A DNA stretch of 32,375 nt from the NCBI GenBank assembly GCA_977017575.1, contig CDRNVI010000134.1:1-32375 (forward strand), in the 5' to 3' direction. Made by a program: the position numbers and the translations under genes. The notes beneath the pieces were generated by a model. It saw nothing but the letters and a program-made list of their open reading frames with translations, searched no databases and was not told where the DNA came from. This document shows, piece by piece, positions 9,979 to 23,415 of this stretch (the first letter of the stretch is position 1; every line of letters starts with the position of its first letter). This DNA is from Paramoeba atlantica. Its lineage: Eukaryota; Protista; Discosea.

Positions 9979-9991
9979 AAAAAATTTTAAT

Positions 9992-10063
9992 ACTTAGGAG
10001 TAGGACTCGAACCTACACGATTTGCTGCCAAAAAACAATACTTTACCTTTCAGTCACCCTATT
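9992..10063 (-). tRNA. trnQ: tRNA-Gln(UUG)
   Basis: Anticodon arm TTGTT TTTTGGC AGCAA. Confidence 0.88.
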
Positions 10064-10095
10064 TTATTATATTTAATTATATCATCTATAATTAA

Positions 10096-10167
10096 CACAG
10101 TTGATAGGATTTGAACCTATGTCATTAGTTTTGAAGACTAATATGTTAACCACTACACTACAACTAT
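10096..10167 (-). tRNA. trnW: tRNA-Trp(UCA)
   Basis: Anticodon arm TTAGT CTTCAAA ACTAA; G73; matches TGA=Trp usage in the CDSs. Confidence 0.92.
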
Positions 10168-10168
10168 T

Positions 10169-10242
10169 TATCCCCCATAGGACTTGAACCTATATCAGTA
10201 CCATTATGAGTGATATGTCTTAACCAATTAGACCAGAGGGAT
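10169..10242 (-). tRNA. tRNA with CAU anticodon: Ile2 (lysidine type) or elongator Met
   Basis: Anticodon arm TATCA CTCATAA TGGTA; C4:G69 pair and D arm resemble the tRNA-Ile(GAU) in this cluster. Confidence 0.85.
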
Positions 10243-10258
10243 TATATTAGTAAAATTA

Positions 10259-11920
<1,662 letters not shown>

Positions 11921-11927
11921 TGTAAAT

Positions 11928-12797
11928 TTATACTAAATAAAAAATATTCTCTTTTCCATCTTTTAATTCTAATATAAGAGGAGCTACCATATCACTACCT
12001 CAACAATATATAATCATATATAAAAATAATCATACTACATCAACAAAATGTCAATATCAAGCTGCAAATTCAAAACCTAAATGGTGATTACGTGAAAAAT
12101 GTGATAAATATATACGATAAGTAGTCATACTTAAAGCTATAGTACCAACAATAACGTGAAAACCATGTAAACCAGTACAACAAAAAAAAGTTGAACCATA
12201 AACACCATCTGAAATATCAAAAGCAGAAACACTATATTCATAAAACTGAAAAGATAAAAATAATACAGCAAATACAATTGTAACAACCATAGTTAATAAA
12301 CATTTATCCATATATCCTTGTTTTAAATATAAATGTGCTAAAGTTAAAGTAGCACCTGATGTTAATAATAATAAAGTATTTAATAAAGGAATACCAAAAG
12401 GATCCATAATTATTTCACTCATTCCTACGGGAGGTCAACTACAATTTAATTCTACTGTAGGAAAAATACTTGAATGAAAAAAAGCTCAGAAAAAAGCTAC
12501 AAAAAGCATTACTTCTGAAAAAATAAAAAGTAAAAAGCTTATAATTAAGCTTGATTGAACTTGTTTAGTATGATGACCTTCATAACTTGCTTCAATTACT
12601 ATATCTCTAAATCATAAACATATAATAAATATTACCATAATTAAACCTATAAAAAATACAGGTACACCATAATAAAATCCTTGAAAAAAAGTTACTAAAC
12701 CTACTGGCATTGATAATGCAAACATAGATAATAATAAAGGTCATGGACTAATTGTTACAATATGTCAAAAATGAAAATGTTTAAATTTATTAATCAT
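11928..12797 (-). CDS. cox3: Cytochrome c oxidase subunit 3 (289 aa)
   Basis: SPWP, SEVMLF, WAFFH, WPP, TGLHGFHV and AAWYWHFVDVVW motifs. Confidence 0.96.
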
Positions 12798-12800
12798 ATT

Positions 12801-13820
12801 TTATATACTATTTTCTTTATTTAAAAATTCTTTTATTGATAAATTAAGTTGATCTTGTCATCAATCATAGAAACCTCTAGTAAAAACAATAGCATTACTT
12901 CCATCTTCATAAAAATAATGATAATAATTTATTAGTTGATTAAACGAATTATTTCTAAAATCTTCACAAGCTAAACATAAATATGTAATATAATCTAATT
13001 TAGTTATACTATATATTTCAATAGGCATAAAACCATGATTTACACCACATAATTCACTACATTGACCATAAAAATGACCAATTCTATCTATAAATAAATT
13101 TACCTGATTTAACCTACCAGGACAAGCATCTATTTTTATACCTAATGAAGGGACAGCTCAACAATGTAATACATCACTAGCTGTTACATATACTTTTATA
13201 AAAGTATCTACAGGCAATACTACTGGATTTGTAGTTTCTAATAAACGTAAACCTTTATCTGATAATTCATTAGTAGGTACCATATAACTATCGAAACTAA
13301 ATTCAGCTATATTATTTGAAAAAGAACCTCCTAACTCTATATTTGTATTACTCGCAATATCATATACAATTTGAGGATTATCTAAACTAAATACAAAAGA
13401 ATAAGATCAATATCACTGATGTCCTGTAACTTTCATTGTTAACAGACTTACACCAGATATTTCCATAGCATATAATAAAGCAAAAGACGGTATTGCTATA
13501 GATATTAATATTAAACTTGGTATTATAATTCAAAGAGTTTCTAATAATGTATTATGCGAAATTCTTACATTATAAAAATTTTTTACTTTATTAAAAATCT
13601 CTAAATTACTATTATTATTTATTGTAAATGTACTTAAAGTGAAATAAATCATAGCAAAAGTAAATACAACAATAAAAACTAAAAAAAACATAATATGATT
13701 ATGCAAATCAATAATTCCTCGAGCTATAGTATTAGCTGGGTATTGAAAACCTAATTGTCCAGGTAAAGCATAATCTGCCTCTAAATTTGAAAAAATTATA
13801 TTATTTACAAAATTAATCAT
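12801..13820 (-). CDS. cox2: Cytochrome c oxidase subunit 2 (339 aa)
   Basis: [45 protein letters not shown] and CuA motif [12 protein letters not shown]. Confidence 0.96.
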
Positions 13821-13825
13821 TTTTT

Positions 13826-15325
13826 TTAAATATTAATACATCATTTATTATAAGAGCCTAAAAAACTTTCTAAAAAGTTATAATTTAGACCAACTTTATC
13901 AGGATGAATTACATCATTTAAAAATTGAAAAAAAGGTAATCAAAATAATTTTTTACTTTCTAAAACCATTTCTTCAAATACACCATTTATTTTATTTATA
14001 GCTAATTTATCAAAAAAACCTTTAGAACCTGCAAAAACTGATAATAAAGATAAATCTAATGAATAATTATTAAATCTACTTTGTACAAATAATTCAGTTA
14101 ATCTATAACCACGATCTAATAATTGTTGAGTAACAGGATCTATATCACAACCTAAACTAGCAAAACTTTCAACTTCTCTAAATTGGGCTAAACCAACCTT
14201 TAAAGAACCTGCTAATGATTTCATTAATTTAGGTTGTGCAGCTCCACCAACTCTACTAACCGATAAACCAACACTTACTGCTGGTCTTATACCTGAATAA
14301 AATTGTTCAGTATCTAAAAATATTTGACCATCTGTAATAGATATAACATTAGTTGGAATATAAGCCGAAACATCTCCTTCTAATGTTTCAATAACAGGTA
14401 AACCGGTTATTGAACCTGAACCTAATTTAGTAGATAATTTAGAAGATCTTTCTAATAATCTAGAATGTAAATAAAAAACATCTCCTGGATAAGCTTCTCT
14501 ACCTGGTGGTCTTCTTAATAATAAAGACATTTGTCTATAAGCGGCAGCATGTTTAGTTAAATCATCATATATAATGACACAATGTTTTTTATTATCTCTA
14601 AAATACTCACTTATAGAAGTACCTACATAAGGTGCTAAATATTGTAATGATGCAGATTCAGAAGCAAATGCACTTACAATAACTGTATATTGCGCTGATT
14701 GAAATGATTGTAAAGTACTAAATATTCTAGCAGCTGTTGATTTTTTTTGACCAATAGCTACATAAACACAATATAAATTAACATTTTTAAAATCAACATT
14801 ATTATTATAATTTAATTGATTAATAATAGTATCGACAGCTATAGAAGTTTTACCTGTTTGTCTATCACCAATAATTAATTCACGTTGACCACGACCTATA
14901 GGAATTAAAGAATCTATAGATTTCATACCTGTTAACATAGGTTCATGAACAGATTGTCTAGCGATAATACCTACTGCTTTTTGCTCAACATTTTTAACTT
15001 CTGTTGCAGCAATAGCTGTATCATTATCTATAGGCTCACCTATAGCATTAATAACTCTACCTAATAATTTAGAAGAAATATTAATAGTCATTAATTTACC
15101 TGTATTTTTGACTCGAACCCCTTGTTTAATTAATTGTTCATTACCAAAAATAACAGAACTAATTTCATTTTCAGCTAAGTTTAATGCTAATCCTTTAGCA
15201 CCACTAGAAAATTCTAAAACTTCTCCTGCTTTAGCGTTTTCTAATCCTTTAATTGTTGCAATACCATCCTTAACTTTAATTACAATTCCAAAATAAATAT
15301 TATTTTGCTGATTATTAGCGTCCAT
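13826..15325 (-). CDS. atp1: ATP synthase F1 alpha subunit (499 aa)
   Basis: GDRQTGKT Walker [24 protein letters not shown]; reading TGA as Trp extends the ORF from 13940 to TAA at 13826. Confidence 0.97.
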
Positions 15326-15440
15326 AATTATTTATCTTAAAATACATAATTATTATTATAATAAATTTATGTGTAATAACGATAAATAAACACACAAAAC
15401 AAAAAAAGATCAAGTTTAAAGATATTATTATTTTAATAAA

Positions 15441-16154
15441 TTAAAAATAATATCTTGTATAAAAATTCATTATATTTAAAAAAGTATAAGAAGTAACCGG
15501 AGCAAAAAAAGGTACATCATATATATTAAGACTTATAAATTTAAAAACAAAATTATTATAATCATATTCAATATAATTAGGTATAATACTTCGAGATCAA
15601 TTTTTTGTTTTTATATTATAATATAATTTTTTTTTAAAATATAATATTTTTTTTTTATTTAAAGTTAATATATCACCTTTTTTTAAATTATATTGTGGAT
15701 TAATTATAATATTATTATTAACAATAATATTACCATTAAATATTCATTGTCTAGCTGATCTAACACTTTTAACTAAATGTAATCTATAAACTAATACATC
15801 TAATCTAGATTCCATCATATAAATAAAATAACTTAAAGCATATTTTTTTTTAAAACTTTTTTTTATGATTTTTTTTATATTTTTAATACTTAAAAAACCA
15901 TAAAAAATTCTAAATTGTCTTCGTAAAATAAAATATTTACCATATCTAGTTCTTCTTCTAAAATATACAGGTTTCTCAAAATTATTAATCCTATAAAAAT
16001 TTATTCTTTTATTATATTTAAATTTTTTTATTTTTAATAATTTAATAATATAATTTCTAATTAATAATAATTTTCTATTTAATATTATTCTACCTCAAAG
16101 ATCTCTTTTATAAACTCTTATTAAATTTAATTTTTTATAATTTACTTTTAACAT
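15441..16154 (-). CDS. rps4: Ribosomal protein S4 (237 aa)
   Basis: N-terminal KRDLWG, S4 core MESRLDVLVYRLHLVKSVRSARQWIFNGNIIVN...PQYNLKKGDI, C-terminal IPNYIEYD...NFYTR; ATG overlaps the rps2 stop. Confidence 0.9.
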
Positions 16155-16753
16155 TTTTTAAATAAAATTCTATTTTGCTTATATATATATTTTCATAAAT
16201 TATATATAATTAAAGAATTATTAACCATAATATTATAACAAATATGAATATCCTTTTCTAAAAATGATGTGTTTTTTATAGATAATATTTTATATTCTAA
16301 AAATATTTTAAAAAAATTATTATAATCTTTTCAACTATCTTTTGACATAAATACTATATCAGGTAACCTTTTTGATCTATAATTAACTATATTTTTATAA
16401 TGTTTTCGACCTTTTTTAATAAACATATAAAAATTAGATATAAAACCATAAATTTTATCTAAATATACCATATAAAAATTTTTTATTTTTACTCTTTTTA
16501 ATGAAGTATTAATTATATTACTATCTGATAATAAACATAATAAAGATATACCTAATTTAGTTGAAATATAATTAATTATATTAATTATATTTTTTATATT
16601 AAAAAATATAGAAACAATATCTATAATTACATAATTATGTAATTTACATCAACCAATTATATTATTAATTTGTTGTCTACCTCATTTATTTTTTTTATGT
16701 AAAGATATATTATAATTACTTGAAATTAACTGATTTAAATATAAATACTTCAT
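16148..16753 (-). CDS. rps2: Ribosomal protein S2, highly divergent (201 aa)
   Basis: Open frame under code 4; spacing of S2 landmarks: LHKKNKW...IIG...VIIDI, GFISNF, KRLPDIVF, CYNIMVNNS. Confidence 0.65.
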
Positions 16754-16765
16754 AAATTATTATTA

Positions 16766-18260
16766 TTATATTATATAATTTAAATATTCTAATAAAAAAG
16801 GCAATAATAATATAAAAATCGAATTTACTACAAATAATATAACAATTATGTAAGCATAACTTCTTTTTAAAGGAGTTAAAAAAAATCAATAAAAACTATT
16901 ATTAAACATAATAATTTTTATTAACCTTAAATAATAAAAACAACTAACTACACTAAATAAAAGTCCAATTACTACTAATAAATAATAATTTTGTTTTAAT
17001 GCACTAATGAAAATAAAAAATTTACTGAAAAATCCAGCTAATGGTGGTATTCCTGCTAATGAAAATATAGCTATTAATAAAATTATAAATAATAAATTAT
17101 TAGATTTTATAATATATAAAAATTGATATATAGTATTAATCCCTTTATAATTATTAAATTTAAATATATTTAATCATATTATTAAAATATTTATTAAAGC
17201 TAAAATATAAATTATTATATATAAAGTTAAAGTCAATACATCATTTAATATTAAAATTAATAATATAAAACCCATATGATTAATAGAACTGTAAGCTATT
17301 AATCTTGAAAATTTTTTAGATTGTAAAGCCCCTAATATACCTATAAATCAAGATAATAGTATAAATATTAAAAAAAATATTTGTCAGTCGATTAAATCTT
17401 TTATTAAAATTATAGAATATATTTTTCAAAAAATATATTAATATAGCCAATTTAGGCAATAATGCAAAAATAGCTAATACTATTTTCAAAGAACCTTCAT
17501 AAATATCTGGTAATCATATATGAAACGGAGGTATAGCTAATTTGAAAAATAATCCTATATTAATAAATAATAAACCTATAAATATATAAGAATCCCAATT
17601 TATATTATATAAACCTAATTCAAATAATTTTGATAAATCATAAAAATTAGTAAATCCAGTTACACCATATATAATTGCTATACCTACTATTAATAAACTT
17701 GATGAAAATGATCCTAATATAAAATATTTTAAACCAGCTTCTATAGAACTATTCTTATTTCTATTTATTGCCGCTAAAATATAAAAACATAAACTTTGTA
17801 ATTCGATAGAAAGATATGCTGTAATAAAATCATATGATAATAATAAAGTTATCATACCAATAAAAGATAATAACATTAATATATAAAATTCAAATATTAA
17901 TAATTTATTTAATCTCATATAATTATAAGAAGTAACTAATAATATAATCATAATTATTGACAATAAATTTTTATAAAAAAAAATTATACCGTCACTATAT
18001 AATAAATAAGATGAAATAATAAAATTATTATCTATATTATTAATATTTAATAATATAAATAATATTAATATAAATACCAATAAATTAATAGTACAATAAA
18101 CTAATTTTATATATTTATATACATTAATATTTGAATAAAAAATAATAAATACTAAAATTAATAAAACACCAGAAATTAAAAATATTTCTGGTAATAAATA
18201 TTTAATATCATTATATATAGAATGATATTCCTGATTTTTAAAAATAATTGTAAAATTCAT
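16766..18260 (-). CDS. nad2: NADH dehydrogenase subunit 2, one +1 frameshift at ~17403
   Basis: YLSIELQSL, IEAGLKYFILGSFSS, FKLAIPPFHIWLPDIYEGS, RLIAYSSINHMG and GIPPLAGFFSK motifs. Confidence 0.94.
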
Positions 18261-18271
18261 AATAATTAAAT

Positions 18272-19744
18272 TTAAATAAGTGATAAAATTGATAGATAAG
18301 TTACATTAAAAATTAAATCAGGATAAAAACCTAATAAAAAATTTAAAAAAATAAATGGTAATATTAAAAAGAATTCTCTTTTAGTAATATCTGAAAATTT
18401 TATAAATCATTTTTTATAATAAAAATTATTATAAATCATTATATTATAATTTTTTATTTCACCGAAAATTAATCTATTATATAACCATATTGAATAAACA
18501 GCTGCAAAAACAACACTAGTAAATAATAATAATGAAATTTTTATATTTCATAAAAAAACTCCTATTAATATTAAAATTTCACCAATAAAACCACTTGTTC
18601 CAGGGAAGCCCATATTACTTAAAGAAAAAATCATAAATATTACAGCAAATATAGGCATAACTTGTACTAAACCTCCATAATAATATAATATACGACTATG
18701 ATAACGATCATATAAAACACCTATGCAAAAAAATAAAGAACTTGATATTATACCATGACTAATCATTAAGAATAAACTACCTTGTAAACCTTCTAAATTA
18801 TTAGCAAATAAACCTATTATTGCAAAATTCATATGTACAACAGATGAATATGCTATTATTTTTTTCAAATCTATTTGTCTAATTGTTACTAACGAACCGT
18901 ATATAACACTAATTATACAAATAACTATAACTAAAGGTGAAAAAAATTTCATTCCATAAGGAAATAAAGGTAATAAAAATCTTAAAAAACCATAAGTACC
19001 TAATTTTAATAAAATACCAGCTAATAAGATAGAACCTGTTGTAGGTGCTTCGACATGAGCTTCTGGTAATCATATATGAAAAGGTATCATTGGTACTTTT
19101 ATAGCAAATGCTATAAAAAAACCTAATCATAATATTAATTGTCGTTGATCAGAAAATTCAATATATTTAATTATATTTCAATTTGTAGAACCTACATGTA
19201 AGTAAATTATTAAAAAAGATACTAACATAAATATTGATCCAAAAAAAGTATATAAAAAAAATTGATAAACAGCATGAATTTTTCGTTGTCTTGAACCTCA
19301 TATACCTATAATAAAAAACATAGGTATTAAAACACCTTCAAAAAATATATAAAAAAAAAATATATCTAAACAACAAAAAATACAAAAAACTAAAAATTCT
19401 AATATAAATAAAGTAATAGTAAAATCTTTATTACGATATTTCACACTTTCTCAATTTACTAATAACGAAATAGGTAAAAGTAAACTCATTAATAATATAA
19501 AAAAAATAGAAATACCATCTATACCTATACTAAAATCCATACCAGGATAATAACTAATACTTGATTGAAATTGAATATACGAATAATATATATTAAAATT
19601 ACCTAATAATTTAATACAATAAAAAAAAATTATTATACTAAATAATAAAGATAATTGTTTTAATAATATAATTTTTTTCTTAGGTATTAAACTTAAAATA
19701 AACGCAAAAAATAATGGTAAAAAAAGTAAAATTTTTAATAACAT
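18272..19744 (-). CDS. nad4: NADH dehydrogenase subunit 4 (490 aa)
   Basis: IGIDGIS, FEGVLIPM, KVPMIPFHIWLPEAHVEAPT, DLKKIIAYSSVVHM and NMGFPGT motifs. Confidence 0.96.
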
Positions 19745-19777
19745 TCAAAATTTTTTATATTTTATTATTCTAAAAAA

Positions 19778-20764
19778 TTAAGGTAAAAAATCAAAACCAA
19801 TCATTATACCTGCATAGAAAACTAATAAACCTAATGATAACGGTAAAAATACTTTTCAACCTAATATCATTAATTGATCATATCTATATCTAGGTAACAT
19901 GGCTCTTATTACTATAAATAAAAATATCATTAAAACAATTTTTATTGTAAATCATACTATAGGCGGTAAAAAAAAATTAAAATTAAAAGGTGGTAATCAA
20001 CCTCCTAAAAATAAAATTACATTTAATGCACTCATTAATATAATATTAGCATATTCACCGATAAAAAAAAAAGCAAATCCTACTGATGAATATTCTACAT
20101 TATAACCAGAAACTAATTCTGCTTCTGCCTCAGGTAAATCAAAAGGGTGTCTATTAGTTTCTGCAACAGAAGATATAAAAAATAATAAAAATAAAGGAAA
20201 AAATGGTATAATAAATCAAATATCCTCTTGAGCTAATACTATATTACTTAAATTTAAAGAACCTACACCTATTAGAAGAGTTATTAATATTATACCTATA
20301 GATACTTCATAAGATATCATTTGTGCAGCAGATCTAAGAGCACCTAAAAATGCATATTTTGAATTACTAGCTCAACCAGCTATAATAACACCATATACAC
20401 TTAAAGAAGAAATACCCAAAATAAACAAAACTCCTATATTAATATTAGATATTACTACATTTTCATCAAAAGGTATTAATATTCAATTTATTAAACTTAA
20501 TAATAATGTTAATATTGGAGCTGCTATATACATTAAATAATTTGAATTTACCGGTATAACAGGTTCTTTTATCATTAATTTTAAACCATCGGCAAAAGGT
20601 TGCAAAATACCTAAAAAACCTACTTTTATAGGACCTTGTCTTCGTTGTATATAACCCATAACTTTTCTTTCAAAAACTGTAAAAATAGCTACAGTTACTA
20701 ATACAGGTACTATTAAAATTAAATATTTTAATATTGTTATAATTAAAGTTAACAAAAAATTCAT
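19778..20764 (-). CDS. nad1: NADH dehydrogenase subunit 1 (328 aa)
   Basis: [48 protein letters not shown] and PRYRYDQLM motifs. Confidence 0.96.
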
Positions 20765-20777
20765 ATTTTAAAATCTT

Positions 20778-22809
20778 TTAATGAAAATTATTATATATTT
20801 TTTTAGAATTAATTAAACAACTGTTTAAAATTTTTGATGATTGTAAAAATTTATTATTAGAATATATATTAGTCATATTTTTATATAAATTTTTATTTTT
20901 CAAAACCATAATATTTTTATAATTTGATATTTCATTATTATTATATATATTTAATATAGTATTTATATTTATATTATAAGAACTTAATAATAATCTAATA
21001 TTACTAAAAGATAATTTCATAATCTTTTCATCACTAATAATTGTTTTAAATAATATATATAATATTTTTCAATCATTTCTTGCATTCTTCGGCGGAAATA
21101 AAATAAATTTTGTCGATTGACAATAACCAAATATATTTATAAATAAACTTTTTTTTTCATAATGAGTTATTGATGGTAATAATAAATCATAATTATTAAT
21201 TTCTTTTAATATAGGTAAATAACAACCTTGAAAAATATTATAATCACAATTATAATTTAAATAATTATAATTATAATTATTTAAATTATATAAAATATTA
21301 TTTTCTTTATAAATCATTTTTTTAAAACTATAATCATTAAATTTTACTAATGAATTAAATAAATTTAATTCATTAGCTATAATATTTATATTTAAATTAT
21401 TTAAAAACCCTATATTAATACTTGATTCTAAATTTAAATTTTTCAATGTTGTAATTAAAAAATTAAATAAAGTATTATCATTTAATAAAATTAAATTTTT
21501 AGATGCTTTTAATACAATATTATTTAATAAAGATTTTCCCTCTATAAATTTTTTTACTTCTAATAAATTAGATGAATAATTTATATTTTTATAATTTTGA
21601 TTATAAGAGGTCCCTATATTATAAATATTTAATAATTTTAAATCTTTAAATCGTTTTAACTTTATATTTAATAAAGGATATTCTAATCTAATATTTATAT
21701 TAATTAATATAATATTTTTAAATTCATTTAATTCTTTATATATATTATAATCTAAAATATAATTTTTACGATTATTTGAATTCCTAGTTAATTTTTTATA
21801 ATTAATAGTAAATTCATGATTATTAAAATAATTTTTTCCTTTTTTTATTACTAAAGCAGTTTCACTATCTATATTATCACCTATTAAAAAATGTAAATTA
21901 CTATTTAAACATTTTTTTAATATTAAATTTAATACTTTTTCTCAACTATATATAATAAATTTATTTGCACCTTCCTTTTTTAAAGGATTAATTATTCGAT
22001 TATTCTTTTGATTATCATAAGAAAAACGAGTTAGATCTGAGATTCAGATCTCATGTATATAATCATTAAATAAAGGTAAAACTCTTAATATTTCACTATC
22101 TCTAATATCTATTCTAATATTTATATGTAATAAATCATTAATATCTATAGTATTTCAAGAAATAAGTTCTCAAGGTCTAGAAATGAATGAATAAGGTTTA
22201 GAAGTTAAAGCACCTACAGGGCATAAATCAATTAAATTACCAGATAATTCCGAATTAATATTTTTTGATAAAAAATTACTTATTTCTATATTTTGTCCTC
22301 GACCTATCAAACCAAAATATTTATAACCAATAAACTCATCTATAAAACGTATACATCTAGTACAATGAATACATCTTGTCATAATAGTTTTTATTAAAGG
22401 TCCACAATCTTTATCATTAACAGATCTTTTATTTTCATAAAATCTACCTCTATCATTACCAAAAATTAATGATTGATCTTGTAAATCACATTCACCTCCT
22501 TGATCACAAATAGGACAATCTAATGGATGATTTAATAATAAAAATTCTAAAACACCTTCTCTAGCCTTTTTTAACTAATTTAGTATTAGTTAATATATGC
22601 ATATTATTATTTAAAGGGGATGCACAAGAAGCTATAGGTTTTATAGCTCCTTTTACTTCAACTAAACACATTCTACAATTACCTGCTATAGATAATTGTT
22701 CATGATAACAAAATTTTGGTATATCTATATTAATCATATTACATAATTGTAATATAGTTTTCATATTATTATCTTTAACTGCAATATTATTTATTTTATA
22801 ATTATTCAT
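20778..22809 (-). CDS. nad11: NADH dehydrogenase 75-kDa subunit, unsplit (~676 aa), one +1 frameshift at ~22567
   Basis: [48 protein letters not shown] and DLCPVGAL Fe-S motifs; ORF-track pieces at 22382, 21446 and 21020 join through TGA=Trp. Confidence 0.95.
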
Positions 22810-22810
22810 T

Positions 22811-23398
22811 TTATGGATTCTTTATAAACCTTTTATTTTGTTCAAAAATTACCTGTTCTTTTAGATAATATGTTCTTTTACATGTTAATATAATAACACC
22901 AATCATAGCTAATAATAATATAAGACTAAGTATTATAAATAATATATAATGCTTATCGTATAATATTAAAGATATCAAATTTAAATTTGATATATTATAT
23001 AAAATATTATAATAATTTATATAATTATTATTGTTTGAGGAATCTATATTAAAAATTACATTAATCGGTATATAATATAAATAAATTAAAAATATTATTA
23101 ATAAAGTTAATAATATAATACCTATCAAATATTTTATATTTAATTCATTCAATTCTATAACTTTTATATTTAACATATAAATAATAAATAAAAATAATAC
23201 TGCTATTGCACCTATATAAACTATTAAAAACACCATAGACATAAATTCCAACTCCAACAATAATAATATAAAAACTATATTACAAAAAACTAATATTAAA
23301 TAAATAATAGAATGTAAAGGATTTTTAGAAATTATTACTAAAATAGCCGATACAATACTTATTATAAAAAAAAATATATAAAATAAATTTTGATCCAT
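22811..23398 (-). CDS. nad6: NADH dehydrogenase subunit 6 (195 aa)
   Basis: KNPLHSIIYLILVF, LIVYIGAIAVLFLF and LLLAMIGVIIL motifs. Confidence 0.93.
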   Translation of the reverse strand: MDQNLFYIFFFIISIVSAILVIISKNPLHSIIYLILVFCNIVFILLLLELEFMSMVFLIVYIGAIAVLFLFIIYMLNIKVIELNELNIKYLIGIILLTLLIIFLIYLYYIPINVIFNIDSSNNNNYINYYNILYNISNLNLISLILYDKHYILFIILSLILLLAMIGVIILTCKRTYYLKEQVIFEQNKRFIKNP

Positions 23399-23415
23399 AT
23401 GTTTTAAAAAAAATT

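Noticed and set aside
15108-20105. Plus-strand ORFs 15108-15296 and 19899-20105, and alternate-frame ORF 18909-19130
   Set aside because: Antisense or out-of-frame shadows of atp1, nad1 and nad4.
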